From contig CP113000.1 in the NCBI GenBank assembly GCA_026625185.1, forward strand, positions 705,622 through 737,621: 32,000 nt of DNA, written 5' to 3'. Numbering within the stretch: the stretch's first letter is position 1; every line of letters begins with the position of its first letter. This document shows positions 23,821-32,000 of the stretch, piece by piece. The stretch is from Thermodesulfobacteriota bacterium. Lineage in GTDB: Bacteria; Desulfobacterota; WTBG01; JAGOGO01. The translations under genes were made by a program, and so were the position numbers. A model generated the notes under the pieces. The model ran no database searches, was not told the origin of the DNA, and was given only the letters and a program-made list of their open reading frames with translations.

Positions 23821-24128
23821 TTAACCAAACAATTTCATTCCCCTATTTAATCGGGGGAATCCAGTTACTAAATTCTCATTCAAATCTTTCCAATTCGGAA
23901 TTACCTTTTCAATAAAAGCGATTTTTCATTTGCGATTATATTTTTTCAGTCTTTTCTCTGTTCTGATTGCATATTCTGCGTCTTGAAATTCCTCATAATA
24001 TACCGGTTTGTCACCCCATATTTTTCGGTAAATCTTTGGACTAATTTATTCTTATGCTCCCAAACTCGCTTTATTAAATCTGAAGTCACTCCTATATATA
24101 AAGTGCCATTCCGCTTGCTTGACAATAC
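23821..24128 (-). pseudogene. GIY-YIG nuclease family gene remnant (5' truncated, one frameshift, one TGA at a conserved Trp position)
   Basis: After a TAA, the minus strand reads VLSSKRNGTLYIGVTSDLIKRVWEHKNKLVQRFTEKYGVT. The frame then shifts to KPVYYEEFQDAEYAIRTEKRLKKYNRK*KIAFIEKVIPNWKDL. The family consensus as I recall it has W at the * position (NR.WK). The usual N-terminal YVYIL start is missing. Confidence 0.7.
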
Positions 24129-24206
24129 TTAGAGGTAAAAACTTTTTCCCCTATAGCTATGGATTCCCCGGCCAAGCAGGAGAATGACGAATATTCTTAA
24201 GCAGAA

Positions 24207-25100
24207 TTACCCACACTTTTTCAGGATGAGTTTATTCTTTATTTCGAGAAAAAGCTCATAGGCTTCTTGCGGTTTTAGGTTCTTATGAACAACTCCACGA
24301 ACCGCTTGAATCATAGCCTCCGGGGCATCTGATTGGAAAATATTTCTGCCCATATCCACCCCCGCAGCGCCTTCCTGGACGGCATTATAGGACATCTGAA
24401 GAGCTTCCAGCTCAGGGAGCTTTTTCCCTCCCGCCATTACCAACGGAACCGGGCACGAAGCGGCAACTGTGTCAAAACCATCGGGGATATAGTAGGTCTT
24501 AATGTAATGGGCGCCCAGCTCAGCGCAGATCCGACACGCGAGGCGGAAGTATCGAGCGTCCCGGGCCATATCCTTGCCCACGGCAGTAACTGCGAGAATA
24601 GGGATTCCATAGCGATTTCCCCTATCCACTAAACGGGTCATGTTATGGACGGATTGGGTTTCGAATTCTCCTCCGATAAATACCTGCACCGCTAAAGCCG
24701 ATACATTGAGCCGGACCGCATCTTCCATGTCCACCGCAATTTGTTCATTGGAAAGTTCCTTCAAAATACTCGGCCCGCCGGTGGCCCGAAGAACGATTCC
24801 CCCTCGATAGGTTGGCGGTATCGTTGTGCGCAAGATACCCCTGGTGAGCATAATGGTGTCGGCATAGGGAGCGAGGGGGACGATGTTTAAATCAATTCGC
24901 TCAAGCCCCGTTGTCGGTCCTTGAAAATATCCATGGTCAATTGCCAGCATCACGGTGCGACCGGTATCAGGGTTAAATATGCGGGCGAGGCGGTTTTTGA
25001 TCCCCCAATCGAGGGCGTGTGAGCCTTTTAAAAAAAATCCCTCAGTCTTTACGGGAATATCGAGACCATAATCTTTTCCTTCTTGATCTACTTCCGGCAT
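24207..25100 (-). CDS. LsrF-like class I aldolase-fold enzyme (DhnA/FbaB/LsrF family; possible 3-hydroxy-5-phosphonooxypentane-2,4-dione thiolase-like)
   Basis: 297 aa. The motifs [41 protein letters not shown], the catalytic-Lys region HYIKTYY, and [11 protein letters not shown] closely follow E. coli LsrF as I remember it. This is a memory-based comparison only. Confidence 0.75.
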   Translation of the reverse strand: MPEVDQEGKDYGLDIPVKTEGFFLKGSHALDWGIKNRLARIFNPDTGRTVMLAIDHGYFQGPTTGLERIDLNIVPLAPYADTIMLTRGILRTTIPPTYRGGIVLRATGGPSILKELSNEQIAVDMEDAVRLNVSALAVQVFIGGEFETQSVHNMTRLVDRGNRYGIPILAVTAVGKDMARDARYFRLACRICAELGAHYIKTYYIPDGFDTVAASCPVPLVMAGGKKLPELEALQMSYNAVQEGAAGVDMGRNIFQSDAPEAMIQAVRGVVHKNLKPQEAYELFLEIKNKLILKKCG

Positions 25101-25187
25101 TGTTTTCCTCCTTGATAAATTTTGGGGTTTGCTATTCGGTCCTGCACGGTTTTATTAATCAGGGCATAAATATTATGACACCTAATC

Positions 25188-25255
25188 TCCCCTCACCTCA
25201 ATCCTTTCTCCAAGGGAAGTAAAAAGTCGCAGGGTCAAAAGGTCGAATGGTCGAA
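25188..25255. repeat. dispersed repeat, direct-orientation copy of the 17901..17980 element
   Basis: See the 17901..17980 feature. It lies in the ADH/LsrF-like intergenic spacer and is followed by another small hairpin, CCCTC-gttcttga-GAGGG. Confidence 0.8.
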
Positions 25256-25322
25256 CACCCCTGGTGTAAATAATGTTCTCCCCTCGTTCTTGAGAGGGAT
25301 GGCAAGGGTGAGTTTCTTCTTC

Positions 25323-26354
25323 TTATTCCTGGGGCCGAATAATGATCTTAATTGACTCATCCCCTTTTTCTACTAACGCGAACCCCTTAACGGTTTCCTG
25401 AAGACCGAAACGATGGGTAATCATGTCGTGAACGGGCACGCGCCTGGCGCGAATAATTTGAAGAGCAGTCACGCAATCAGCAGGGCTGCCGGCATACGTT
25501 GTGGTCAAAGTAATGTCAGTGCGCCAAAAGACATCGTTGATGGAAAGCGGTATGGAGACATTTTCTCTGGTAGGAGCGAAGAAAAGGATAGTGCCGCCTC
25601 GTTCGACCGCCCGCAGCGCTTGTCCGAAAGCGCCCACAACACCAGCGGTCACAATGACTACATCCGCTCCACGTCCCTGGTTGCACTCGCGAAAAAGCAG
25701 GGATACATTTTGGCGTCCGTCTATGGTATCGTCAGCGCCAAACTGTTTGCCGGCCTTAAGCCGATAACTGCTCATATCGGTGGCCATGATGTGAGTTGCG
25801 CCCAAGGCTCGGGCAAGGCTGATAAAAAGCAATCCCGAAATGCCGCTTCCCAGCACTAAGAGATTCTTCCCGGGTTCAAAGTTAGCCGCGCGCAAACCGC
25901 GGAGAATACAGGCTAGCGGTTCAACAAAGGTTGCTTCATCATAGGTCATGGTATCGGGTATTTTCCACGTTCCCCGGTCAACATTAATCGCCGGAAGGCG
26001 GACATATTCACAAAAACCGCCGGGATCAAAATGCGTGCCGGAAAGCAATGTGTCGCAGACCGTTTCATGACCGCTCAAGCAGCAATGACAAGAAAAGCAG
26101 GGAACATGATGAGTCGCGGCGACGCGATCACCTTTAACAAAGGACTTTACTCCCTCGCCGACGTCAACCACTTCTCCCGCAATTTCATGGCCCAGCACCA
26201 ACGGCGCTTTATTGATCCGGTACCATTCCATCACATCGCTTCCGCAAATACCACTTGAATAAATTTTTACCAGCATTTCACCGGGTCCGATCAAGGGAGC
26301 CGGCATTTCCTCGAGTCGGATATCATGATTACGGTAATACATGGCGACGCGCAT
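25323..26354 (-). CDS. zinc-dependent medium-chain alcohol/polyol dehydrogenase
   Basis: I moved the start to the ATG at 26354 (MRVAMYYRNHDIRLEEMP). The track's 38 extra N-terminal codons translate repeat DNA. Motifs are CGSDV, GHEIAGEVV, the structural-zinc cluster CFSCHCCLSGHETVC, and the Rossmann motif VLGSGISGLL. Confidence 0.85.
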   Translation of the reverse strand: MRVAMYYRNHDIRLEEMPAPLIGPGEMLVKIYSSGICGSDVMEWYRINKAPLVLGHEIAGEVVDVGEGVKSFVKGDRVAATHHVPCFSCHCCLSGHETVCDTLLSGTHFDPGGFCEYVRLPAINVDRGTWKIPDTMTYDEATFVEPLACILRGLRAANFEPGKNLLVLGSGISGLLFISLARALGATHIMATDMSSYRLKAGKQFGADDTIDGRQNVSLLFRECNQGRGADVVIVTAGVVGAFGQALRAVERGGTILFFAPTRENVSIPLSINDVFWRTDITLTTTYAGSPADCVTALQIIRARRVPVHDMITHRFGLQETVKGFALVEKGDESIKIIIRPQE

Positions 26355-26810
26355 GTGAGATTCCTTTAGGTCTATCAACCCCCTCAATCCCCCCTTAAAA
26401 AGGGAAGTAAAGTGCCTTTTTCCCTTTGTCAAGGGTCTGCCTGTGCGGGTTGTCTGTCTGCTGTCCAAACAGGACAGGCATGAACGCGGACAGTGCGCCA
26501 GTGGGGTTGTATTTTTTGAACACCCTTAAGGTTTGAGTAAGGTCAGTTTAAGAAAAATATTCTTAGGTGTCAAGGAGAAAACCAGAGCAATAACGATTAT
26601 TTTTAAGGGCACGTCGAACTTGAATTTAATCCCTGATTATGTTAAATTTTTGAAAGTTGCCCCCTTAGACATTTGATTTCTAACCGGGCAAGAGGGATAA
26701 AACTAAAGATTTGCACCCTTTTTTCAAACGGGGTGAAAATTTTCTAACGGGATGAATGCTCCGTGTGAAAGCCTTCTAAGTGGGTTTACCTATAGTTGAG
26801 GCAGGCAACC

Positions 26811-28547
26811 ATGAAAAACCAGGAAGTGGCCAACTTTTTTAAAAGAATTGCGGATATGCTGGAGATTAAAGGGGAGAACCCTTTTCGTATCCGTGCTTAT
26901 CAAAAGGCTGCTCAGAATATTGAAAACTTAGCTGAAGATATTGTTTTGATTGCGGAGCGAAATGAACTTGATACCCTTCCCGGAATCGGGAAGGACCTAT
27001 CACAAAAAATTACTGAAATCATTACGACCGGAACTCTCCAGAAATATGAGGAATTGAAAAAAGAGATACCGGAAGGGTTGATGGAGATCATCACCATTCC
27101 GGGACTTGGCCCCAGAACAGCTAAGGCCCTTTTTGATGAACTCCGCGTTGAAAACATCGACCAGTTGGAAAAACTCGCTCAAGCGCACAGGCTGCAAGGA
27201 CTGCCGGGAATAAAGGCCAAGACCGAAGAAAATATTCTGAAAGGGATCGCGCTTTACCGTCAGAAGTTAGCGCGAATGATGCTGAGTACGATGCTTGCTC
27301 TTTCCCGGGAAATAACGGGCGAACTTAAAAAATTAAAAGAAGTAAAAAAGATGTGTGTGGCAGGAAGTGTCCGCCGTTACCGCGAAACCATTAAGGACAT
27401 CGACATACTGATCATTTCTCCTCAACCGGAAAAGGTAATGGACTTTTTTGCTCACCTTCCTTTTGTGGAAACAGTCCAGGCCAAGGGAAGAACAAAATCA
27501 AGCATTCGGGCACGGGGAGGTATTCAGGTAGATCTCCGCGTGGTTGAACCGGATTGTTTTGGGGCCGCGCTATGCTATTTTACCGGCTCCAAAGCCCATA
27601 ATATCCGGCTTCGGGAACTGGCAGTCACGAAGGGCCTGAAAATAAATGAATACGGAATATTTCGGGGCGAGAAAAAAATCGGCGGGAAGGATGAACAGGA
27701 GATTTACGCTTCGGCTGGGTTGCCTTTTATCCCTCCGGAGCTTAGGGAAGACCGGGGTGAAATTGAAGCAGCGCTGGAAGGGAAACTTCCGCATTTAGTG
27801 GAACGCAGGGATATCAGGGGAGACTTCCATGTCCATTCTCTCTATAGTGATGGAGCGGCAACTTTGGAGGAGATTGCCAGAAAGGCCGAGGCCATGGGAC
27901 TTGAATGGGTAGCGATTTGTGACCATTCCCAGTCACTTAAGATTGCCGGCGGCTTATCCATCGCTAAGCTGGAGGAAAAGATTGCAGAGATTAAAAAATT
28001 CAACCGGAAAAATAAAAAAGTTAAACTTGTTTGTGGAACCGAGGTTGATATTAGCAATGATGGGGGCTTAGATTATCCTGATGAGTTACTCGGAAAGCTT
28101 GATGTTGTTATTGCGGCTATCCATAGTGGCTTTAAACAGGACGAAAAAACCTTAACCAGCCGAATCATAAAAGCCATGCACAATCACCGGGTGCACTGTA
28201 TTGCGCATCCCACCGGACGCCTTATCGGAGAGCGGGATGCTTACGCTTTCAATCTGGACATGGTACTTGATGAAGCAGCGCGAACCAATACCGCCCTTGA
28301 AATTAACGCTTATCCACAGAGACTTGACCTTAACGATATTTATTCTCGGGCAGCTAAAGATAAGGGGGTAAAACTGACCATTGGAACCGATGCCCACAGC
28401 CTTGATCAGATGGAATACCTTGAACTTGGGCTTTCAGTGGCGCGGCGAGGATGGCTGGGGAAAACTGATATTTTAAATTGCCTGAGCTATAATGATTTAA
28501 TAACTGTTTTAAAAAGAAAAAGAAATGAACTTACAGAAAGGATGTAA
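26811..28547 (+). CDS. polX: family X DNA polymerase with C-terminal PHP (3'-5' exonuclease/phosphoesterase) domain
   Basis: The N-terminus MKNQEVANFFKRIADMLEIKGENPFRIRAYQKAA has a helix-hairpin-helix. The nucleotidyltransferase core is AGSVRRYRETIKDIDILI, and the PHP motifs are GDFHVHSLYSDG and IAHPTGR. I chose the ATG at 26811 rather than the track's TTG at 26796. Confidence 0.9.
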   Translation: MKNQEVANFFKRIADMLEIKGENPFRIRAYQKAAQNIENLAEDIVLIAERNELDTLPGIGKDLSQKITEIITTGTLQKYEELKKEIPEGLMEIITIPGLGPRTAKALFDELRVENIDQLEKLAQAHRLQGLPGIKAKTEENILKGIALYRQKLARMMLSTMLALSREITGELKKLKEVKKMCVAGSVRRYRETIKDIDILIISPQPEKVMDFFAHLPFVETVQAKGRTKSSIRARGGIQVDLRVVEPDCFGAALCYFTGSKAHNIRLRELAVTKGLKINEYGIFRGEKKIGGKDEQEIYASAGLPFIPPELREDRGEIEAALEGKLPHLVERRDIRGDFHVHSLYSDGAATLEEIARKAEAMGLEWVAICDHSQSLKIAGGLSIAKLEEKIAEIKKFNRKNKKVKLVCGTEVDISNDGGLDYPDELLGKLDVVIAAIHSGFKQDEKTLTSRIIKAMHNHRVHCIAHPTGRLIGERDAYAFNLDMVLDEAARTNTALEINAYPQRLDLNDIYSRAAKDKGVKLTIGTDAHSLDQMEYLELGLSVARRGWLGKTDILNCLSYNDLITVLKRKRNELTERM

Positions 28548-28549
28548 CC

Positions 28550-29419
28550 ATGTACTATGATATGCCCCTATATCGTCCACCGAGTGAAGCTTACTCGCTT
28601 ATTTTTCAGGTAACTTTAGGGTGTTCTCACAACCGTTGTGCTTTTTGTATCGCATATAGGACAAAAAAATTCTGCATCCGCTCTTGGGAAGACCTTAAGT
28701 CGGATATTCTTGAAGCAGCCCTTTCTTATCGCAGGATTGACAAGATTTTTCTTGCGGACGGTGACGCTCTGGTGATTGATACGGACTACATGCTTCAGAT
28801 TTTGAGTTTCCTTTACGAAAAGTTTCCTCATCTGGAGCGGGTGAGCGCTTATGCTGGTCCGGCTAATCTTCTGGAAAAATCCCCTGAAGACCTTCAAAGG
28901 ATCCGCAAGGCCGGTCTCCAGATGTTATACTTTGGCATTGAAACCGGCGATGATGAACTTCTCCTCAAAGTAAAAAAGGGAGCAACAGCCCAAGAACTGA
29001 TTGTTAGCGCCAGAAAAGCTATTGATGCCGGCTTTGTGTTTTCAGCAATCGTTATTCTTGGCCTCGGCGGGAAAAAGGCAAGTGTAACTCATGCGATTGA
29101 AACCGCACGAGTCTGTTCAGCGATCAATCCTCAGTATCTTTCCGCCTTAACACTTATGATTGAGGATGATAACCAGTACTTTTTCCGCTGTATGGGGAAG
29201 GAGTGGGAGTGGATGGACAAATTGGAAATGCTCAAGGAGCTTCGTCTTATGATCGAGAACTTTAACTTGGATAATTGCGTGTTTCGCACCAACCATGCTT
29301 CTAATTATCTTCCCATCAAGGCGACGCTCAATCACGATAAAGATAGGCTTTTAAAAGAGATCGATAATGCTTTAAAAAATCCTGAGCACCTACGACCGGA
29401 ATTTTTGAGGGCTTTATAG
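28550..29419 (+). CDS. radical SAM protein of unknown function with CX4CX2C cluster spacing
   Basis: 289 aa. The N-terminus is PLYRPPSEAYSLIFQVTLGCSHNRCAFCIAY, followed by ADGDAL and YFGIETGDDELL (a GGE-like / TIM-barrel pattern). The ATG lies 2 nt after the polX stop. Confidence 0.75.
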   Translation: MYYDMPLYRPPSEAYSLIFQVTLGCSHNRCAFCIAYRTKKFCIRSWEDLKSDILEAALSYRRIDKIFLADGDALVIDTDYMLQILSFLYEKFPHLERVSAYAGPANLLEKSPEDLQRIRKAGLQMLYFGIETGDDELLLKVKKGATAQELIVSARKAIDAGFVFSAIVILGLGGKKASVTHAIETARVCSAINPQYLSALTLMIEDDNQYFFRCMGKEWEWMDKLEMLKELRLMIENFNLDNCVFRTNHASNYLPIKATLNHDKDRLLKEIDNALKNPEHLRPEFLRAL

Positions 29420-29432
29420 AAAGGAAAAAACT

Positions 29433-30941
29433 TTGGCGATTAAATTCAAATCGACAGTCGGCAGTATAATCTCTGAAAAGGCTGAAGCGCTGGTTCTGCC
29501 TGTCTTTAAAGATACGAAGACATTGCGAGGATCGCTTGATGTTATAGACAAAGCCACGAGAGGACTGATTAAAAACCTTCTCTTGAGCGGAGATTTTCTT
29601 GGGGAACGATATAAAACTTTCATGCTTTATTCTCAAGGAACACTATCTGCCAAGAGAATAGTTTTGGTGGGATTGGGAAAGAAGGAAGAGTTTGACCTTG
29701 ATGTCATGCGCGGAGCCGGGGGTAAAGCTTTTCAGCATGTGCGGGATTTAGGAATAAAGACCATCCATCTCTCCGAAGATCTTCTTGACGCCAAAGAATT
29801 TTCAGTGTCTAACCTGCTGGAAGCATTTCTAACCGGAGGAGGTTTGGGGGTTTATCAGTTCCGGGACCTGATAACCACGGGAAGGGAAAAAATAAAAGAA
29901 GTTGATGAGTGCGTGATTGTCTCGCAAAAAAAAGACCGGACCAAGATAATAGAGATGGTCTTGCGTCAGGTGAGTATTCTCAGGGAAGCCGTATTTATTG
30001 CTCGTGATTTGGTGTCCTTACCGGCCAATAAAAAGACGCCCGCTATGTTAGCTCTTCGGGCGCAGACGATTGCCATGAACAACAACTTACAGTGCCAGAT
30101 CATTACCGAAAAACAGGCCCAGAAGATGGGAATGGGCGCCTTTCTGGCGGTTGCTCAGGGGAGCCGGGAACCAGCGAAGATTATTATTTTAGAATACATT
30201 GCCAGCCGAAAATTTGGACCTCCTCTGGTCATCATCGGAAAAGGGATTACCTTTGATAGCGGCGGCATTTCTCTTAAGCCTCCTGACAAAATGGAACAAA
30301 TGAAGGACGACATGGCGGGAGGGGCGGTGGTGATGGGAACCATGCAGGCAGCAGCCCAAATGAAACTTCCTTTAAATGTAGTGGGGATTATTCCGGCCAC
30401 GGAAAATCTGCCGGGAGGAAAAGCGTATAAACCCGGAGATGTTCTCACCTCTCTGTCGGGTCAGACCATTGAGGTAATCAGCACGGACGCGGAAGGCCGA
30501 TTAATCCTGGCTGACGCCTTGACGTATGCCAAAAGGTATAAACCGAAAGCTATTATTGACTTAGCCACGCTGACCGGGGCGTGCATAACCGCTTTAGGAG
30601 ATTATGTTGCCGGGATTATGGGAAACGATGATTCCTTGTTGAACTCCGTTAAATCAGCCGGCGAAAAGACCGGCGAAAAAGTATGGGAACTTCCTCTTTG
30701 GGAAGAATACTTTGATTACCTCAAAAGTGATATTGCGGATTTTAAGAATGTGGGCACCCGGGCGGCCGGAACTATTACCGGAGGAATGTTTCTGAAAAAA
30801 TTTGTGAACGATACCCCATGGGTCCATATGGATATCGCCGGGCCGACCTGGTATGAAAAAGGTAAACCCTATATACCAAAGGGCGCAAGCGGCTTTGGGG
30901 TGCGGCTCCTGGTACAGCTTTTAAAGGATTGGAGCAAATAG
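29433..30941 (+). CDS. pepA: leucyl aminopeptidase (M17 family)
   Basis: 502 aa. Motifs are GKGITFDSGGISLKP, MKDDMAGGA and ISTDAEGRLILADAL. The TTG start has AAAGGA about 7 nt upstream. The N-terminus (AEALVLPVFKD) is typical of PepA. Confidence 0.9.
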   Translation: MAIKFKSTVGSIISEKAEALVLPVFKDTKTLRGSLDVIDKATRGLIKNLLLSGDFLGERYKTFMLYSQGTLSAKRIVLVGLGKKEEFDLDVMRGAGGKAFQHVRDLGIKTIHLSEDLLDAKEFSVSNLLEAFLTGGGLGVYQFRDLITTGREKIKEVDECVIVSQKKDRTKIIEMVLRQVSILREAVFIARDLVSLPANKKTPAMLALRAQTIAMNNNLQCQIITEKQAQKMGMGAFLAVAQGSREPAKIIILEYIASRKFGPPLVIIGKGITFDSGGISLKPPDKMEQMKDDMAGGAVVMGTMQAAAQMKLPLNVVGIIPATENLPGGKAYKPGDVLTSLSGQTIEVISTDAEGRLILADALTYAKRYKPKAIIDLATLTGACITALGDYVAGIMGNDDSLLNSVKSAGEKTGEKVWELPLWEEYFDYLKSDIADFKNVGTRAAGTITGGMFLKKFVNDTPWVHMDIAGPTWYEKGKPYIPKGASGFGVRLLVQLLKDWSK

Positions 30942-30943
30942 GA

Positions 30944-31804
30944 ATGGCCGGTGACCTGATAACGAAATTGGCCCGTATGGAACAAATTAAACGCGCAAAA
31001 CCCGCATACAGAAACTTGCTCGATTTTTATGAAAAAATTTTTATCGCTAAAGAGGAGTTTTATCAGTCGCTTAAAAGTCTCCCCATAGTTTTTGATGAAC
31101 CGGGAGTGCAAACAAGGTTCAAAGCTGGCTTTCCAGTGCTGGATAAAGGCGCTATTGAGTTGGATAGTGGGACGTTAGAAAGATTTTTTCGCACGCTCCT
31201 TCAGATAAGCCTTGAAAAAAATCCCGATACCGCAGGAAAGTTACACGCCTTTATTAAAAAAGGCAACCTGGATGTTGGAAACACCATCAAAGCGATGTGG
31301 GAGGGGAAAATTCCCTCACCAAGGGGGGGGAAAGAAGAACTGGGTGACCCTACGCTTCTCTTTTTTCTTTTGAATGAGTCCCTGAAGCCTTTTTATGAAT
31401 ATTTAGCTGAAAAGTTACAAGCAGTGATTGATGTTACCCTCTGGGAAAAGGGGTATTGCCCGATTTGTGGAGAAACACCTTCCATCGCGGCGATCACTGA
31501 GGGAAAATGGTCACGGCATCTTTTTTGTGTTTACTGTGGCACCGAGTGGCCGTTTCCTTTTCTTATGTGTCCGTTTTGTGGAAACGAAGAGGAAAAGGGA
31601 GTCACGTATCTTTATGTTAAGAATGAAAAACAATACCGACTTGAAGTCTGCCAAGCCTGCCAAAAATATCTCAAAGCAGTGGACATTGAGTGCATTGGCT
31701 CCCCCGTCCCCTTAGAGGTAGAAAACCTCGCTACCCTTCACCTGGATATTCTCGCCCAAAGAGAAGGGTATGGTCGCGGGGCTCATTATCCGCTGCTCAT
31801 CTAA
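30944..31804 (+). CDS. fdhE: FdhE-like protein (formate dehydrogenase accessory protein family)
   Basis: The start is the ATG at 30944, 3 nt after the pepA stop. Four CxxC pairs lie in the C-terminal half (CPICG, CVYCG, CPFCG, CQACQ), embedded in the FdhE-like pattern ..R.L.C..C...W...R..CP.CG. Confidence 0.7.
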   Translation: MAGDLITKLARMEQIKRAKPAYRNLLDFYEKIFIAKEEFYQSLKSLPIVFDEPGVQTRFKAGFPVLDKGAIELDSGTLERFFRTLLQISLEKNPDTAGKLHAFIKKGNLDVGNTIKAMWEGKIPSPRGGKEELGDPTLLFFLLNESLKPFYEYLAEKLQAVIDVTLWEKGYCPICGETPSIAAITEGKWSRHLFCVYCGTEWPFPFLMCPFCGNEEEKGVTYLYVKNEKQYRLEVCQACQKYLKAVDIECIGSPVPLEVENLATLHLDILAQREGYGRGAHYPLLI

Positions 31805-31919
31805 TACCAAGTCGCCTTTATTTGCATATCTTTATTAAACCCTCGTCATTGTCCTCAACGTCGATTCCTCGTCGTCGCCTCGAGCTGCTTTTGAATGCAA
31901 CTTAGTATAAGGCAAATTT

Positions 31920-32000
31920 TTATTCCTTATGCACGGGTATTTCAATCTCCATCAAATCCTGTCCAATAACGGTCCTGGGAAAAACACTTCGAGCTTCGTA
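31920..32000 (-). CDS. 3' end of an unidentified gene running off the right edge
   Basis: The minus-strand frame ..YEARSVFPRTVIGQDLMEIEIPVHKE ends in TAA (31922-31920). Only 26 codons are visible and I recognise no family. Confidence 0.3.
   Translation of the reverse strand, partial: YEARSVFPRTVIGQDLMEIEIPVHKE

Noticed and set aside
15412-24128. In-frame TAG, TAA and TGA codons in the four-helix-bundle and GIY-YIG genes as evidence of stop-codon reassignment
   Set aside because: The stops I read directly end ORFs of family-typical length: TAA for the TIGR02186-like protein, TauE permease, response regulator, EndoQ-like protein, PolX and the small ORF, and TAG for the radical SAM/SPASM gene and pepA. 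The affected genes also carry truncations and a frameshift. Ordinary pseudogenisation is the simpler explanation.
1574-25859. Numerous 60-170-aa antisense or out-of-frame ORFs inside large genes (for example 1574..1978, 12320..12799, 15935..16426, 22228..22746, 25413..25859)
   Set aside because: Each lies wholly within a longer ORF that carries clear family motifs on the other strand or frame. None shows a domain signature or an RBS.

Overview
This 32-kb chromosomal window appears to come from a diderm, probably anaerobic bacterium, judging by rubrerythrin, several radical SAM enzymes and a TonB-dependent receptor. I cannot assign a taxon from sequence alone. I support about 26 intact genes, three decayed selfish-type genes and several dispersed hairpin or heptamer repeat families. 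From the left, on the minus strand: a TIGR02186-like/TauE permease pair; a response regulator plus Cache/PAS histidine kinase; an atypical PEP-synthase-like phosphotransferase module (858-aa enzyme, histidine-kinase fragment, CBS-pair protein, 393-aa catalytic-domain-less paralog, 73-aa ORF); and rubrerythrin. An EEP-family nuclease/phosphatase lies on the plus strand. Back on the minus strand come a translationally coupled EndoQ-like PHP nuclease and UvrD-like helicase, a radical SAM/SPASM enzyme, a 1.45-kb tract with no called gene, and a TonB-dependent receptor. The right side carries a solute-binding protein plus hybrid histidine kinase (+), an LsrF-like aldolase/thiolase plus Zn-alcohol dehydrogenase (-), and polX, a CX4CX2C radical SAM, pepA and an fdhE-like gene (+). 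The most interesting item is invisible in the ORF track. A 34-codon ORF with a perfect AGGAGG ribosome-binding site (17514..17410, minus strand) encodes MKEEKIIIIDEGIDELTPEGWGGCCWGPLFAFRG. It lies directly upstream of the radical SAM/SPASM gene, which gives a candidate minimal RiPP locus whose precursor I do not recognise as a named family. The peptide-enzyme spacer and the surrounding intergenic DNA are heavily colonised by repeats, including heptamer arrays that bracket a decayed four-helix-bundle (23S rRNA IVS protein family) gene. All family calls come from reading motifs by eye. No searches were run.
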